Origin: Methanobacteriota archaeon
GTDB lineage: Archaea > Thermoplasmatota > E2 > DHVEG-1
Length of the DNA: 64,000 bases
Reading direction: 5' to 3'
Assembly (NCBI GenBank): GCA_963769885.1
Contig: CAVYNH010000006.1
Coordinates: 224,001 to 288,000 of the forward strand
Shown here: positions 55,555 through 64,000 of the stretch, piece by piece
Layout of the letters: each line of letters begins with the position of its first letter
Position numbering within the stretch: the stretch's first letter is position 1
Made by a program: the position numbers and the translations under genes
The notes under the pieces: model-generated
The model's input: only the letters and a program-made list of their open reading frames with translations
What the model was told of the DNA's origin: nothing
Database searches by the model: none

Positions 55555-57957
55555 TTATTGGTTGAGTTTGCGTTCGGTGTCGGCGATGCGGAGGCGTGTT
55601 TTGATGACGGTGTCGGGGTTGAGGCTGATGCTGTCGATGCCGCATTCGACGAGGAAGGCGGCGAATTCGGGGAAGTCGCTGGGTCCTTGGCCGCAGATGC
55701 CGACTTTGCGTCGTGGCTGGTGGGTGTGGGCGGTGGTGATGAGTTGGCTGATGAGGCGTTTGACGGCGTCGTTGCGTTCGTCGAAGAGGTGGGCGACGAG
55801 GTCGCTGTCTCTGTCGAGGCCGAGGGTGAGTTGGGTGAGGTCGTTGCTGCCGATGCTGAAGCCGTCGAAGACGTCGGAGAATTGGTCGGCGACGACGACG
55901 TTGCTGGGGATTTCGGCCATGACGTAGACTTGGAGTTCGTTTTCGCCTTGTTTAAGTCCGTTATTGTTCATGATGGTGATAACTTTGCGGCCTTCCTCCG
56001 GGGTGCGGCAGAAGGGGACCATGGGTTTGATGTTAGTGAGGCCCATCTCGTTTCTGGCTTTCTTGAGGGCTTTGCATTCGAGTTCGAAGGCGGGCTGGAA
56101 TTTTTTGTCGTAGTAGCGGCTGGCGCCGCGCCAGCCGATCATGGGGTTGTGTTCGTGGGGCTCGTACATGTAACCGCCGACGAGGTTGGCGTATTCGTTG
56201 GTCTTGAAGTCGGAGAGTCGTACGATGACGTCGTTGGGGTAGAAGGCGGCGGCGATACGGCCGATGCCGTAGGCGAGGGTGTCGACGTAGAACTGGACTT
56301 TGTCTTTGTAGTGGGGGCTGCGGTTGTCGATGTCTTTGATGACGCCGGCGATTTTTTGGTCGGTTTTGGCTTTTTTCTTGAGCTTGTCGTAGTCGAGGAG
56401 GGCGAGGGGGTGGATGCCGATGTGGGAGTTGATGATGAATTCTTCTCTGGCGAGGCCGACGCCTTGGTTGGGGATTTGGGCTTGGGTGAAGGCTTGTTCG
56501 GGGACGCCGACGTTCATCATGATTTGGGTGCGGGTCTTGGGGAGGTTGTCGAGTTTGAGTTCGTCGACGTGGAATTTGAGGAGGTCGTCGTAGATGCGGC
56601 CGACGCCTTCGGAGCAGTCGACGGTGACGTTCTGGCCGGGTTTGATGAGTTCGGTGCCGGTGCCAGTGCCGATGACGCAGGGGATGCCGAGCTCGCGGCT
56701 GATGATAGCGGCGTGGCAGGTGCGGCCGCCGCGGTTGGTGACGATGGCGCCCGCGATCTTCATGATGGGCTCCCAGTCGGGGTCGGTCATGTCCGTGACT
56801 AGCACCTGGCCTTTCTGGAATTTGCTGATGTCTTTGGCGTCGCGGATGATGTTGGTCTGGCCTTGGCCGATCTTCGAACCTACCGCTTCGCCTTCGACGA
56901 TGATTTTCCCTTTTTTGTCGAGGACGTAGGTGCGCATCACGGCGGCGCTCTTGCGGCTGTGGACGGTCTCGGGTCGGGCTTGGACGATGTAGAGTTCTTT
57001 GGTCTTGCCGTCCTTGGCCCATTCGATGTCCATGGGTTTCCTGTAGTGTTCTTCGATGATGATGGCCCATTGGGCGAGCTTGATGATTTCGTCGTCGTTG
57101 ATGACGTATTTATTGCGGTCTTCGGCGGTGACTTTTTCTTGTTTGGTGCCGGTCTTGCTATAGATGAGTTTTTTGTCTTTGCTGCCGAGTTTTTTGTCGA
57201 TGACGGCCTTGTAGCCCTTCTTGAGGGTAGGCTTGAAGACGTAGAACTGGTCGGGGTTGACGGCGCCTTGGACGACGTTTTCGCCGAGGCCGTAGGCGCC
57301 GGTGACGTAGACGACGCCTTCGAAGCCGGTGTCGGTGTCCAGGGTGAACATGACGCCGCTACAGGCGAGGTCGCTGCGGACCATCTTTTGGACGCCGACG
57401 CTGAGGTAGACGCTGAAGTGGTCGAAGCCTTTGTCGACCCTATAGGAGATGGCGCGGTTGGTGAAGAGGCTGGCGAAGCAGTCGCGGACTTTTTCGATGA
57501 GTTCGTCTTCGCCGCGGACGTTGAGGTAGGTCTCCTGTTGGCCGGCGAAGCTGGCGTCGGGGAGGTCTTCGGCGGTGGCGCTGCTGCGGACGGCGACGTC
57601 GACGTTCTCGCCGTATTTGAATTCCATCTCGCGGTAGTGTTTGCGGATGTCTTCCTCTAGCTCTGGGGGGATCGGGGTGTTTTTGATGAGTTCACGGATT
57701 TTTTTACCGCGTTCGGCGATGTTGTTGACGTCGTGGGTGTTGAGGTCGGAGAGGATCTCTTTGATCTTGTCTTGGATGCCGGCTTTTTCAATCATGTATT
57801 TGTAGGCGTAGGCGGTGATGGCGAAGCCGCCAGGGACTTGGACGCCTTTTGGAGTAAGGCTGCGGATCATCTCGCCGAGGCTTGCGTTTTTGCCGCCGAC
57901 GGAGGGGACGTCGTTAATGGTCAGGTCTTCGAACCATTTCACGAATTCTTGGATCAT
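55555..57957 (-). CDS. ppsA: Phosphoenolpyruvate synthase
   Basis: VGGKNASLGEM, AVRSSATAEDLPDASFAGQ, GGRTCHAAI, SIGSNDLTQL, GICGQ. Confidence 0.97.
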   Translation of the reverse strand: MIQEFVKWFEDLTINDVPSVGGKNASLGEMIRSLTPKGVQVPGGFAITAYAYKYMIEKAGIQDKIKEILSDLNTHDVNNIAERGKKIRELIKNTPIPPELEEDIRKHYREMEFKYGENVDVAVRSSATAEDLPDASFAGQQETYLNVRGEDELIEKVRDCFASLFTNRAISYRVDKGFDHFSVYLSVGVQKMVRSDLACSGVMFTLDTDTGFEGVVYVTGAYGLGENVVQGAVNPDQFYVFKPTLKKGYKAVIDKKLGSKDKKLIYSKTGTKQEKVTAEDRNKYVINDDEIIKLAQWAIIIEEHYRKPMDIEWAKDGKTKELYIVQARPETVHSRKSAAVMRTYVLDKKGKIIVEGEAVGSKIGQGQTNIIRDAKDISKFQKGQVLVTDMTDPDWEPIMKIAGAIVTNRGGRTCHAAIISRELGIPCVIGTGTGTELIKPGQNVTVDCSEGVGRIYDDLLKFHVDELKLDNLPKTRTQIMMNVGVPEQAFTQAQIPNQGVGLAREEFIINSHIGIHPLALLDYDKLKKKAKTDQKIAGVIKDIDNRSPHYKDKVQFYVDTLAYGIGRIAAAFYPNDVIVRLSDFKTNEYANLVGGYMYEPHEHNPMIGWRGASRYYDKKFQPAFELECKALKKARNEMGLTNIKPMVPFCRTPEEGRKVITIMNNNGLKQGENELQVYVMAEIPSNVVVADQFSDVFDGFSIGSNDLTQLTLGLDRDSDLVAHLFDERNDAVKRLISQLITTAHTHQPRRKVGICGQGPSDFPEFAAFLVECGIDSISLNPDTVIKTRLRIADTERKLNQ

Positions 57958-58148
57958 TGAAGTCTGTCCTTTCATGAGGGGTGGTTATTACACACCTCTT
58001 TATTAAAGCTGTTTTTAAGTGAAAACCTTCAAGAGGCGACCGGCTTCCCTGGAGGCATGCCTTGGTCTGTTTGGGGAGGGGGGAAACCAGTCCAATCAAA
58101 TGAGATGCCCTGGTGGGGATTGAGTACAGGGCACAAGTGTCGGGTGTC

Positions 58149-58694
58149 TTAGTCTTCCATGAAGACCGCGGCGGCGATGACTGTCGTCCACAGGCCGTTC
58201 TTGTCGCCCTCGGCGGTCTGCGCGACGCTCTGGGTGCGCACAATCTGCCCGCTCATCTTGTATTCCTGTTTGCGTTTGTCCCAGGCGGTGTCGGGGTCGA
58301 ACTCAAGGCCAAGCGTGGTTGCCAGCATCGTGGCCGCGAGGTCCTCGACGTAGTCCTCCAGCTTCTTGCTCGTGACACCAAACGCATGATGCTCGGAGAT
58401 GTAGCCGTACGAGTTCTCATCCTTGGGGACGGCGACGCCGACCGCTGAGCCGATTAACCGGTTCGGCTCATCCGTGGTGTTGCGGGACATGACCACGTAG
58501 GTGATCTCCCCGGCGTTGAGCTCCTTGATGCCCTTCTCCCGCGAGATGATCTTGCAGTTCGGCGGGATGATGCTTGAGACGTACACGAGATTGCACTGTT
58601 CGATATCGGCGTCACGGAGCGCCAGCTCAAACGACTGCAGCGCGTGTTTATGCCTGCCGACGCCCTTCGTGAAAAAGACTCGCTTCGGAACCAT
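58149..58694 (-). CDS. pdaD: Pyruvoyl-dependent arginine decarboxylase
   Basis: [20 protein letters not shown] (Ser-Ser cleavage site), GYISEHH. Confidence 0.92.
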   Translation of the reverse strand: MVPKRVFFTKGVGRHKHALQSFELALRDADIEQCNLVYVSSIIPPNCKIISREKGIKELNAGEITYVVMSRNTTDEPNRLIGSAVGVAVPKDENSYGYISEHHAFGVTSKKLEDYVEDLAATMLATTLGLEFDPDTAWDKRKQEYKMSGQIVRTQSVAQTAEGDKNGLWTTVIAAAVFMED

Positions 58695-58731
58695 CGCCCC
58701 AGATGCAATGTTTCACATTTTAAAAAGCTAT

Positions 58732-59856
58732 CTATCCTGACACCCCGGACTTCGCCTCGTCCTTTTCCTCGTCCTCGGCCTGGTCCGTATCCTCAAGCCC
58801 CGCAGTCTTGATCGACCGCTGCTTCTTCAACAGCTCCTTCATCTGCTGCTGGATGTCCACCTGCTCCTTGCCGAATACCTCATCCGCAGGCTTATCATCA
58901 GCCTCCGCGACCTGCGGCTTCGGATGACGCGCTTTGACGGTCCGCGGCTCCGGTTCCTCCTCCTCTTCGACTTCTTCTTCGACCGCCGCGGGTTTCCGCG
59001 CACGCCCGTTCGTCTGCTTCTTCAGCAGATCCCGCATCTGCTTCTGGATGTCGACCTGCTGGCGCTGAAACTCGACCTGCTCCTTCTGGTACGGCGTGAT
59101 GTCGGTGCCCTGATGATGTTCGTTGACGACCTTCAAAATCTCCTTGAACGGATAGACCCCGAACAGCTCATAGAAACTCCGCGACCGCGGGACAGTCGCG
59201 TCCTTTCCGCCCCCAGCGAACCCGAAGAGCTTGATCCGCGAGCCGCCCCCCACCCCGCCGCCTGCGAACGTCTTGTCGTTGCCGAGACCCAATCCGGACT
59301 CACTCACAGGGATAATCGTGCCAAACCCGATGATTTGCCCCAGAACCCCCTGCTCCGTGTTGAACTCCGTAATCTTATCGTAGCGGATTGCCCGCGACCG
59401 CTTCGTCAGCACCCCGCCCGTGAAGACCAGCCGCTGGTTCGTAATAAAGTACCGATGCGACCGACGATACACCTCAACGCAGAGAAACCCAATGATCGAT
59501 GCCGTAACGGAGTAGAGCGGGATGAACAGCGCCGAGGACGACAGCCAATTCTGCCACAGGAGAACCGCCACCGCGCCGATGAAGATGGCGAGGTACAGGA
59601 AGAAAATGCTCCATCGGATTGCCACGAGCGCGATGATTACACCCACCAGCAGCAATACCAGTCCCCAAAGGATGATTGGGAACCATGCATTACTCATCAA
59701 CACGGTGTTGAACTGAGAGGCGTTCACCAGCCACCACACAACCACGCCCCACACAATCAGGAAGATGCACACGGACTGCAGCTTCATGAAAGAAAGCGGA
59801 TGCGGCGAGAGAACCGATTCAATCTTCTCACCTTTGTTCAGGTCTATGCTCTGCAT
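58732..59856 (-). CDS. Membrane protein with a bacterial PH (bPH_2) domain
   Basis: 4 TM segments, YFITNQRLVFTGGVL, QGVLGQIIGFGTI. Confidence 0.8.
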   Translation of the reverse strand: MQSIDLNKGEKIESVLSPHPLSFMKLQSVCIFLIVWGVVVWWLVNASQFNTVLMSNAWFPIILWGLVLLLVGVIIALVAIRWSIFFLYLAIFIGAVAVLLWQNWLSSSALFIPLYSVTASIIGFLCVEVYRRSHRYFITNQRLVFTGGVLTKRSRAIRYDKITEFNTEQGVLGQIIGFGTIIPVSESGLGLGNDKTFAGGGVGGGSRIKLFGFAGGGKDATVPRSRSFYELFGVYPFKEILKVVNEHHQGTDITPYQKEQVEFQRQQVDIQKQMRDLLKKQTNGRARKPAAVEEEVEEEEEPEPRTVKARHPKPQVAEADDKPADEVFGKEQVDIQQQMKELLKKQRSIKTAGLEDTDQAEDEEKDEAKSGVSG

Positions 59857-59935
59857 CGGGATCCCTCCGCTGTTCCCATCGCTGACGAGGCTTTAAAGGT
59901 ATTGGTCCCCCCGTCTCTCAACCGACCAAAAATAG

Positions 59936-61915
59936 TTACGACTGTTTGACGCCAACGACAAAGATGGCCAATGCGAACGCCGTCGCCGTCACTGTCACCT
60001 CATTGGCCCGCACGGTGATTGTAATTGAGCCAAAACCAACGATGAAGTCCCTCGCGGTGTACCACTTACCGGCAGGGATCATCCTCGAGCCGTTTCGATA
60101 CATCCCCATAAACAACAAGTCGCCCTTCACCGAGATGTTCCACTGCGCCTCCATCGCCACCTCGCCATCGTTCACAATCGTCGCAACCACACCGAACGAC
60201 GGCCGGTTCTTAATCGTAATCGATAACGGATACCGGATCTTGAAGGACTTCGACTTCGCGGTCTCCACATTCCCCGCATAATCGACCGAGAAATAGGAGA
60301 CCGTATGGTTCCCAAACCCTGAGACGTTGAAGGGTGAATGATAGAGTTGATACGTTCCGTCATCGACCTTGACCATGGTGCAGTTCACACCGGACATATC
60401 ATCGATAGCGGTCAGAGTGACCGTGACGTTCGTCGTATACTCCCCCGTGACCAGGGTACCATTAAGCGCAATCGAGGTGACCGGCGGCGTCGTATCCACC
60501 AGTTCATAGACCACGGCAACAAACGCATCGTACCCGCCGCGGCTCGTCAAGGTGATATTACCAAAAACGGCGACCGTCGAAAAGAGTCCAGCAACGTGAA
60601 TCCAGTCATTGGCCTCGACGGCCACACCGAAGCCCATATCGAAGGCATCGCTCCCCGCTCGCGAGGCCCACCGCCAGGACCCGCCCGAACTGAGCTTCGC
60701 CACAAACACGTCGGATGAGCCAACGCTCGTCAGCAGGATGCCCCCAAAGCCTATCGTGTCTTGGAACTGCCCGCTGATGACGGCGTTCCCAGACGAGTCG
60801 ACGGCCACACTCCTAGCCTGGTCGTTCGACCCTGATCCTCCTGCACTCACCGCCCATAACCAGCTGCCATTCGCGGCGATCTTCGCGACGAAAGCATCAT
60901 CACCTCCGAGACTAGTGATGTTGGCGTTCCCAAACGACGCGGTAAGTTCGAAACTGCCGACAACGAAGGCCTGCCCGGCCGCATCAAGCGAGAACCCATA
61001 AGGAGAATCGAAGGAGGCTCCTCCTCCGCGTGAAGCCCATTGCCAGCCGCCGCTCGTATTCAAGCAGGCGACAAAAACATCATAAGTCCCGGTGAGCGTG
61101 ATATTCCCAAGCGTCATCGAGCCATCGAAACTACCGAGAACGTACACCGCAGTGGTATCAACAGCGATGTCGACGCCCTCGTCATCGGAAGTTCCATTCC
61201 CGGCCACCGCCCATTGCCATTGACCGTCGGCGCTGATTTTCGCGACGTACACCTCAGGATCAATCGAGGTAGTCAATATCGTGCCGCCGAAAATCGCACT
61301 CCCACGGAACCCTCCGGTGATGTACATATTACCTGCTCCATCGATAGCAATACTGCGTCCAGAATCCTCATTTGTGCCTCCTGCACTGATCGCCCATTGC
61401 CAGAGCCCCTGATTGGTGAGTTTAGCGATGAAGACATCATACGAACCATGGCTGATGAGTTGAAATCCTCCGAAGGTCGCAGTCCCTGCAAATGCCCCAA
61501 CGACGTAGAGGGTACCATCAGTATCAACGACGATGCCCTCGCCTGCATCCTGACCGACTCCACCTGCGCTAACCGCCCATTCCCAGAAACCGAACGCATT
61601 CATCTTCGCGATGACGACGTCCTCGGCTCCCTTGCTGGTAAGGTTGATTTTCCCAAAGGTCGCGGAGTCCTGGAACACGCCGGTGACGTAGGAGTTCCCA
61701 CTGGTATCGATTGCGATTCTGAAGAACCCCTCATCGCCTCCCCCGCCCCCTTGAGCCACCCATCGCCAGACAGCATTCGGCGGAGAATCGCTCGGGGACG
61801 GTAAGAGAAACGGATTCTCCTTCGAATTTTGATTCGAACCTGGAACACTGCCAGTCCCAGTCGTAAGCAGAATTAATGTACAGGCTACGGCAATGATCCC
61901 CCGGGTTCGGTTCAT
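59936..61915 (-). CDS. Secreted SBBP-repeat beta-propeller protein with an Ig-like domain and a lineage-type C-terminal domain
   Basis: Repeats of D..GN.YV.G.F...DVFVAK...G.W.WA..AGG; DTTPPVT...GNHTVSYFSVDYAGNVE; IVGFGSITITV. Confidence 0.85.
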   Translation of the reverse strand: MNRTRGIIAVACTLILLTTGTGSVPGSNQNSKENPFLLPSPSDSPPNAVWRWVAQGGGGGDEGFFRIAIDTSGNSYVTGVFQDSATFGKINLTSKGAEDVVIAKMNAFGFWEWAVSAGGVGQDAGEGIVVDTDGTLYVVGAFAGTATFGGFQLISHGSYDVFIAKLTNQGLWQWAISAGGTNEDSGRSIAIDGAGNMYITGGFRGSAIFGGTILTTSIDPEVYVAKISADGQWQWAVAGNGTSDDEGVDIAVDTTAVYVLGSFDGSMTLGNITLTGTYDVFVACLNTSGGWQWASRGGGASFDSPYGFSLDAAGQAFVVGSFELTASFGNANITSLGGDDAFVAKIAANGSWLWAVSAGGSGSNDQARSVAVDSSGNAVISGQFQDTIGFGGILLTSVGSSDVFVAKLSSGGSWRWASRAGSDAFDMGFGVAVEANDWIHVAGLFSTVAVFGNITLTSRGGYDAFVAVVYELVDTTPPVTSIALNGTLVTGEYTTNVTVTLTAIDDMSGVNCTMVKVDDGTYQLYHSPFNVSGFGNHTVSYFSVDYAGNVETAKSKSFKIRYPLSITIKNRPSFGVVATIVNDGEVAMEAQWNISVKGDLLFMGMYRNGSRMIPAGKWYTARDFIVGFGSITITVRANEVTVTATAFALAIFVVGVKQS

Positions 61916-62070
61916 CGAAGTTCCCTGTTTTCAATAAAATATACTATAATATTTAAATATTGGCATATATAAACAAATCGCCCCGCATTTATACTGGTAG
62001 TCCAGGGAAGAAAGAATCATTTCATCCCTCTTCTTTCGAAGGAATGGACCTTTTTTCTATGCACGACAAC

Positions 62071-63135
62071 CTAGCATGTCGCAGCCCGGTGTGGACTAGT
62101 CTTCCATTTCAAGAGGCAGATCGTAACCGCCAGGGTGACGCCGAGCATCCCGAACAAGCTGGCGCCCTCCGCGTTCTCCACCGGAACGACGAAGAACAAC
62201 AGACGGAACCCCACATAGCCAAGAACCATGGACAAGAAGGGAAAGACCCGATACCGCGCCTTGATCTCATCAAGCGTCCGCAAGAACACCAGCAGAACAA
62301 AGGTCAGCAACAAAGCGAGGATCGCCAGCAAGGCGACCCACCCGAAAACTGTGACCACATCCAAGAACCAGGGTGCCCCGGCAAGGAATGAGGCAGCAGC
62401 GAGGATGTAGATGACCATAAAAACGTAGATCAAATACCGCGGCCGATCGAGGAACAAAACCTTGATGTTCCCTAGATTCGAAGAGAAGGTGATGTGCTCC
62501 TTGCGCCGTTCCCCCCGGTAACTCGGCCTGATGCCAAGGCCACAGAACAACAGGAGAACCAAGAACCCAATATGCAGCGGGTTGAAAAGGTCAAGATGCT
62601 CAAGGAATGCGACGAAGGATTGTGCAAAGCCAAACAGCGCCGTCCCAAACGACACCGCCTGACCCTGAATCGTAAACGCACTCGGCAGGATGGTGTACCC
62701 AGAGCGAAAAACGAAATAGCCGGCGAGCAGAAGCAGCCCCGCCGGGATCAAGAACGGGCCGAGAAAGAGGATGCTTTCAGCGATCCATTTGAGAGCGCCT
62801 GTCCTGGCGCGCTTCGGCTTGACCGCCCCCTCGTTGATGCTGAGACGGAACTCAGCCACACCGCTATTCGTAACCGTGTACCCAAGCCATTCGCAGAGCA
62901 TCTGGAACAGGATGCCGACAAAATTCGTGAACCGGATGAGCGGCTCATGCCGACGCCGCAGCGAAAACAAGAAGTGCTTCTGCGCCTCGATCACCAAAAG
63001 CTGAACGAGCCACAGCCCAAACACCGCCAGGACCAGGAAAAAGGGAACAACGATGAACGTGACGACATCAACAGCGGAAACCACGGTCGCATCCCACTCC
63101 CCGTAGCAGGCAATACCTATAAAAACCTGTTCCAC
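62071..63135 (-). CDS. Multi-pass membrane hypothetical protein
   Basis: About 8 hydrophobic segments; start codon uncertain. Confidence 0.6.
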   Translation of the reverse strand: MEQVFIGIACYGEWDATVVSAVDVVTFIVVPFFLVLAVFGLWLVQLLVIEAQKHFLFSLRRRHEPLIRFTNFVGILFQMLCEWLGYTVTNSGVAEFRLSINEGAVKPKRARTGALKWIAESILFLGPFLIPAGLLLLAGYFVFRSGYTILPSAFTIQGQAVSFGTALFGFAQSFVAFLEHLDLFNPLHIGFLVLLLFCGLGIRPSYRGERRKEHITFSSNLGNIKVLFLDRPRYLIYVFMVIYILAAASFLAGAPWFLDVVTVFGWVALLAILALLLTFVLLVFLRTLDEIKARYRVFPFLSMVLGYVGFRLLFFVVPVENAEGASLFGMLGVTLAVTICLLKWKTSPHRAATC

Positions 63136-63157
63136 GCCCCAGCAACGCCGACGCGCC

Positions 63158-63577
63158 TTATTTCACCCTAACGTCCAGCACCCGCCCCTCATGGTCGAAC
63201 GCCCGCCACGACGCCCGCCCCGCCGCACTCACCCCCACAATCAGATGCACCCGCCCGAAATGCCCGAACAAATCCAAATCAGCATCCGACGGGCGAGTAA
63301 TCGACGACGGATGGCTGTGTACCGTGCCGACGACACTGTAGTCGATTGGCAGCATGTACAGCTTGAAGATCGCATGCGAGTCCCCCGAGATCGTCCCCGG
63401 CAGCAGCACCACCTCGGTGATTGTCGTCTTCTCCTCTTCATCCACCCGCAACAGCGCCCCGAACTCCTTGGGATACGACGACCGTGAGCTCGCCACAATC
63501 AACTCCAGACACCGCTTCGTGATGTACCACTGCCGCGGCGCAGGCCGCTCCTTCGGCTGACAACCAAACCACCCCAC
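63158..63577 (-). CDS. JAMM/MPN+ metalloprotease
   Basis: PKEFGALL, GTVHSHPS...PSDADL. Confidence 0.9.
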   Translation of the reverse strand: MGWFGCQPKERPAPRQWYITKRCLELIVASSRSSYPKEFGALLRVDEEEKTTITEVVLLPGTISGDSHAIFKLYMLPIDYSVVGTVHSHPSSITRPSDADLDLFGHFGRVHLIVGVSAAGRASWRAFDHEGRVLDVRVK

Positions 63578-63582
63578 GGCAA

Positions 63583-64000
63583 TTACCTCATCAGCTTCAA
63601 ACGGACCATCTGATAAAAACTCTCCCCAAACCGGATGAACTTCGCGGTCCGCTCCGACCCCGTGATCACGATTTCGTTCCTCGACGACACCGGCTCCGTA
63701 TACCGCCCGTCAATCACCAGCATCGAATCCTTACTCTTCGGAAGCACACTAATCCGAATCGACCGATCCAGCGGGATGATCCATGGCCGAGCCGACAGCT
63801 TGAACGCGGCCAGCGGCGCCAAAATCATCGCATGCACCGCCGGATCCATGATCGGCCCACCCACCGACAGCGAATAACTCGTCGACCCCGTCGGCGTCGC
63901 CACAATCACCCCATCCGCCCCCATCGACTCCACCAGCTCACCATCAACAAAACACTTCAAATACAGTATCTTGGCGATCCGCGCCGTCTGAATCGTCACC
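63583..64000 (-). CDS. nadK: NAD kinase, C-terminal part
   Basis: ADGVIVATPTGSTSYSLSVGGP, IDG. Confidence 0.9.
   Translation of the reverse strand, partial: VTIQTARIAKILYLKCFVDGELVESMGADGVIVATPTGSTSYSLSVGGPIMDPAVHAMILAPLAAFKLSARPWIIPLDRSIRISVLPKSKDSMLVIDGRYTEPVSSRNEIVITGSERTAKFIRFGESFYQMVRLKLMR

Noticed and set aside
58050-58140. Possible H/ACA sRNA (TGCCCTG...CAGGGCA stem ending at an ACA) or a 31-aa ORF
   Set aside because: The hairpin is too short to hold a pseudouridylation pocket and could simply be a terminator for pdaD
62071-63135. M50-type membrane metalloprotease
   Set aside because: Topology is suggestive but there is no HExxH motif

Overview
Archaeal chromosomal segment. Gene content and the C-terminal tails of the secreted proteins suggest Thermoplasmatota, plausibly a Thermoprofundales/MBG-D-like lineage (inference). 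It spans a cdc6-linked replication origin (~37.7-37.9 kb). Core genes include gyrB (with an HNH intein), gyrA, topA, purE, split GMP synthase, ubiX, GGGP synthase, pyrC, aglB, prs, geranylgeranyl reductase, pth2, nucS, cdc6, cdc48, ppsA, pdaD and NAD kinase. Main finding: an 11,009-bp element (42007-53015) with imperfect CAGTA-initiated terminal inverted repeats and a 5-bp target duplication (TCATC) that splits a tctA-like gene in frame. It carries one enlarged ISH3-like transposase plus about nine cargo genes: a Zn-ribbon microprotein, HTH proteins, an AAA+/PD-(D/E)XK protein, a Type IIG-like R-M enzyme, an NDT-like protein and a secreted beta-helix protein. It also holds a 6x16-bp operator-like array and a tRNA-like remnant. 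Other signals: (1) alternating C/A-rich and G/T-rich strand-skew domains that do not follow gene direction and that reshape protein composition and apparently start codons; (2) AT-rich codon patches at the GyrA catalytic Tyr and the Cdc48 Walker A motif; (3) a box C/D sRNA predicted to guide Cm34 of tRNA-Leu(CAA); (4) three +1 frameshifts, each beside GTAC, probably sequencing artefacts. No CRISPR array, rRNA or intact tRNA was seen. Family assignments come from motif recognition only; no database searches were run.
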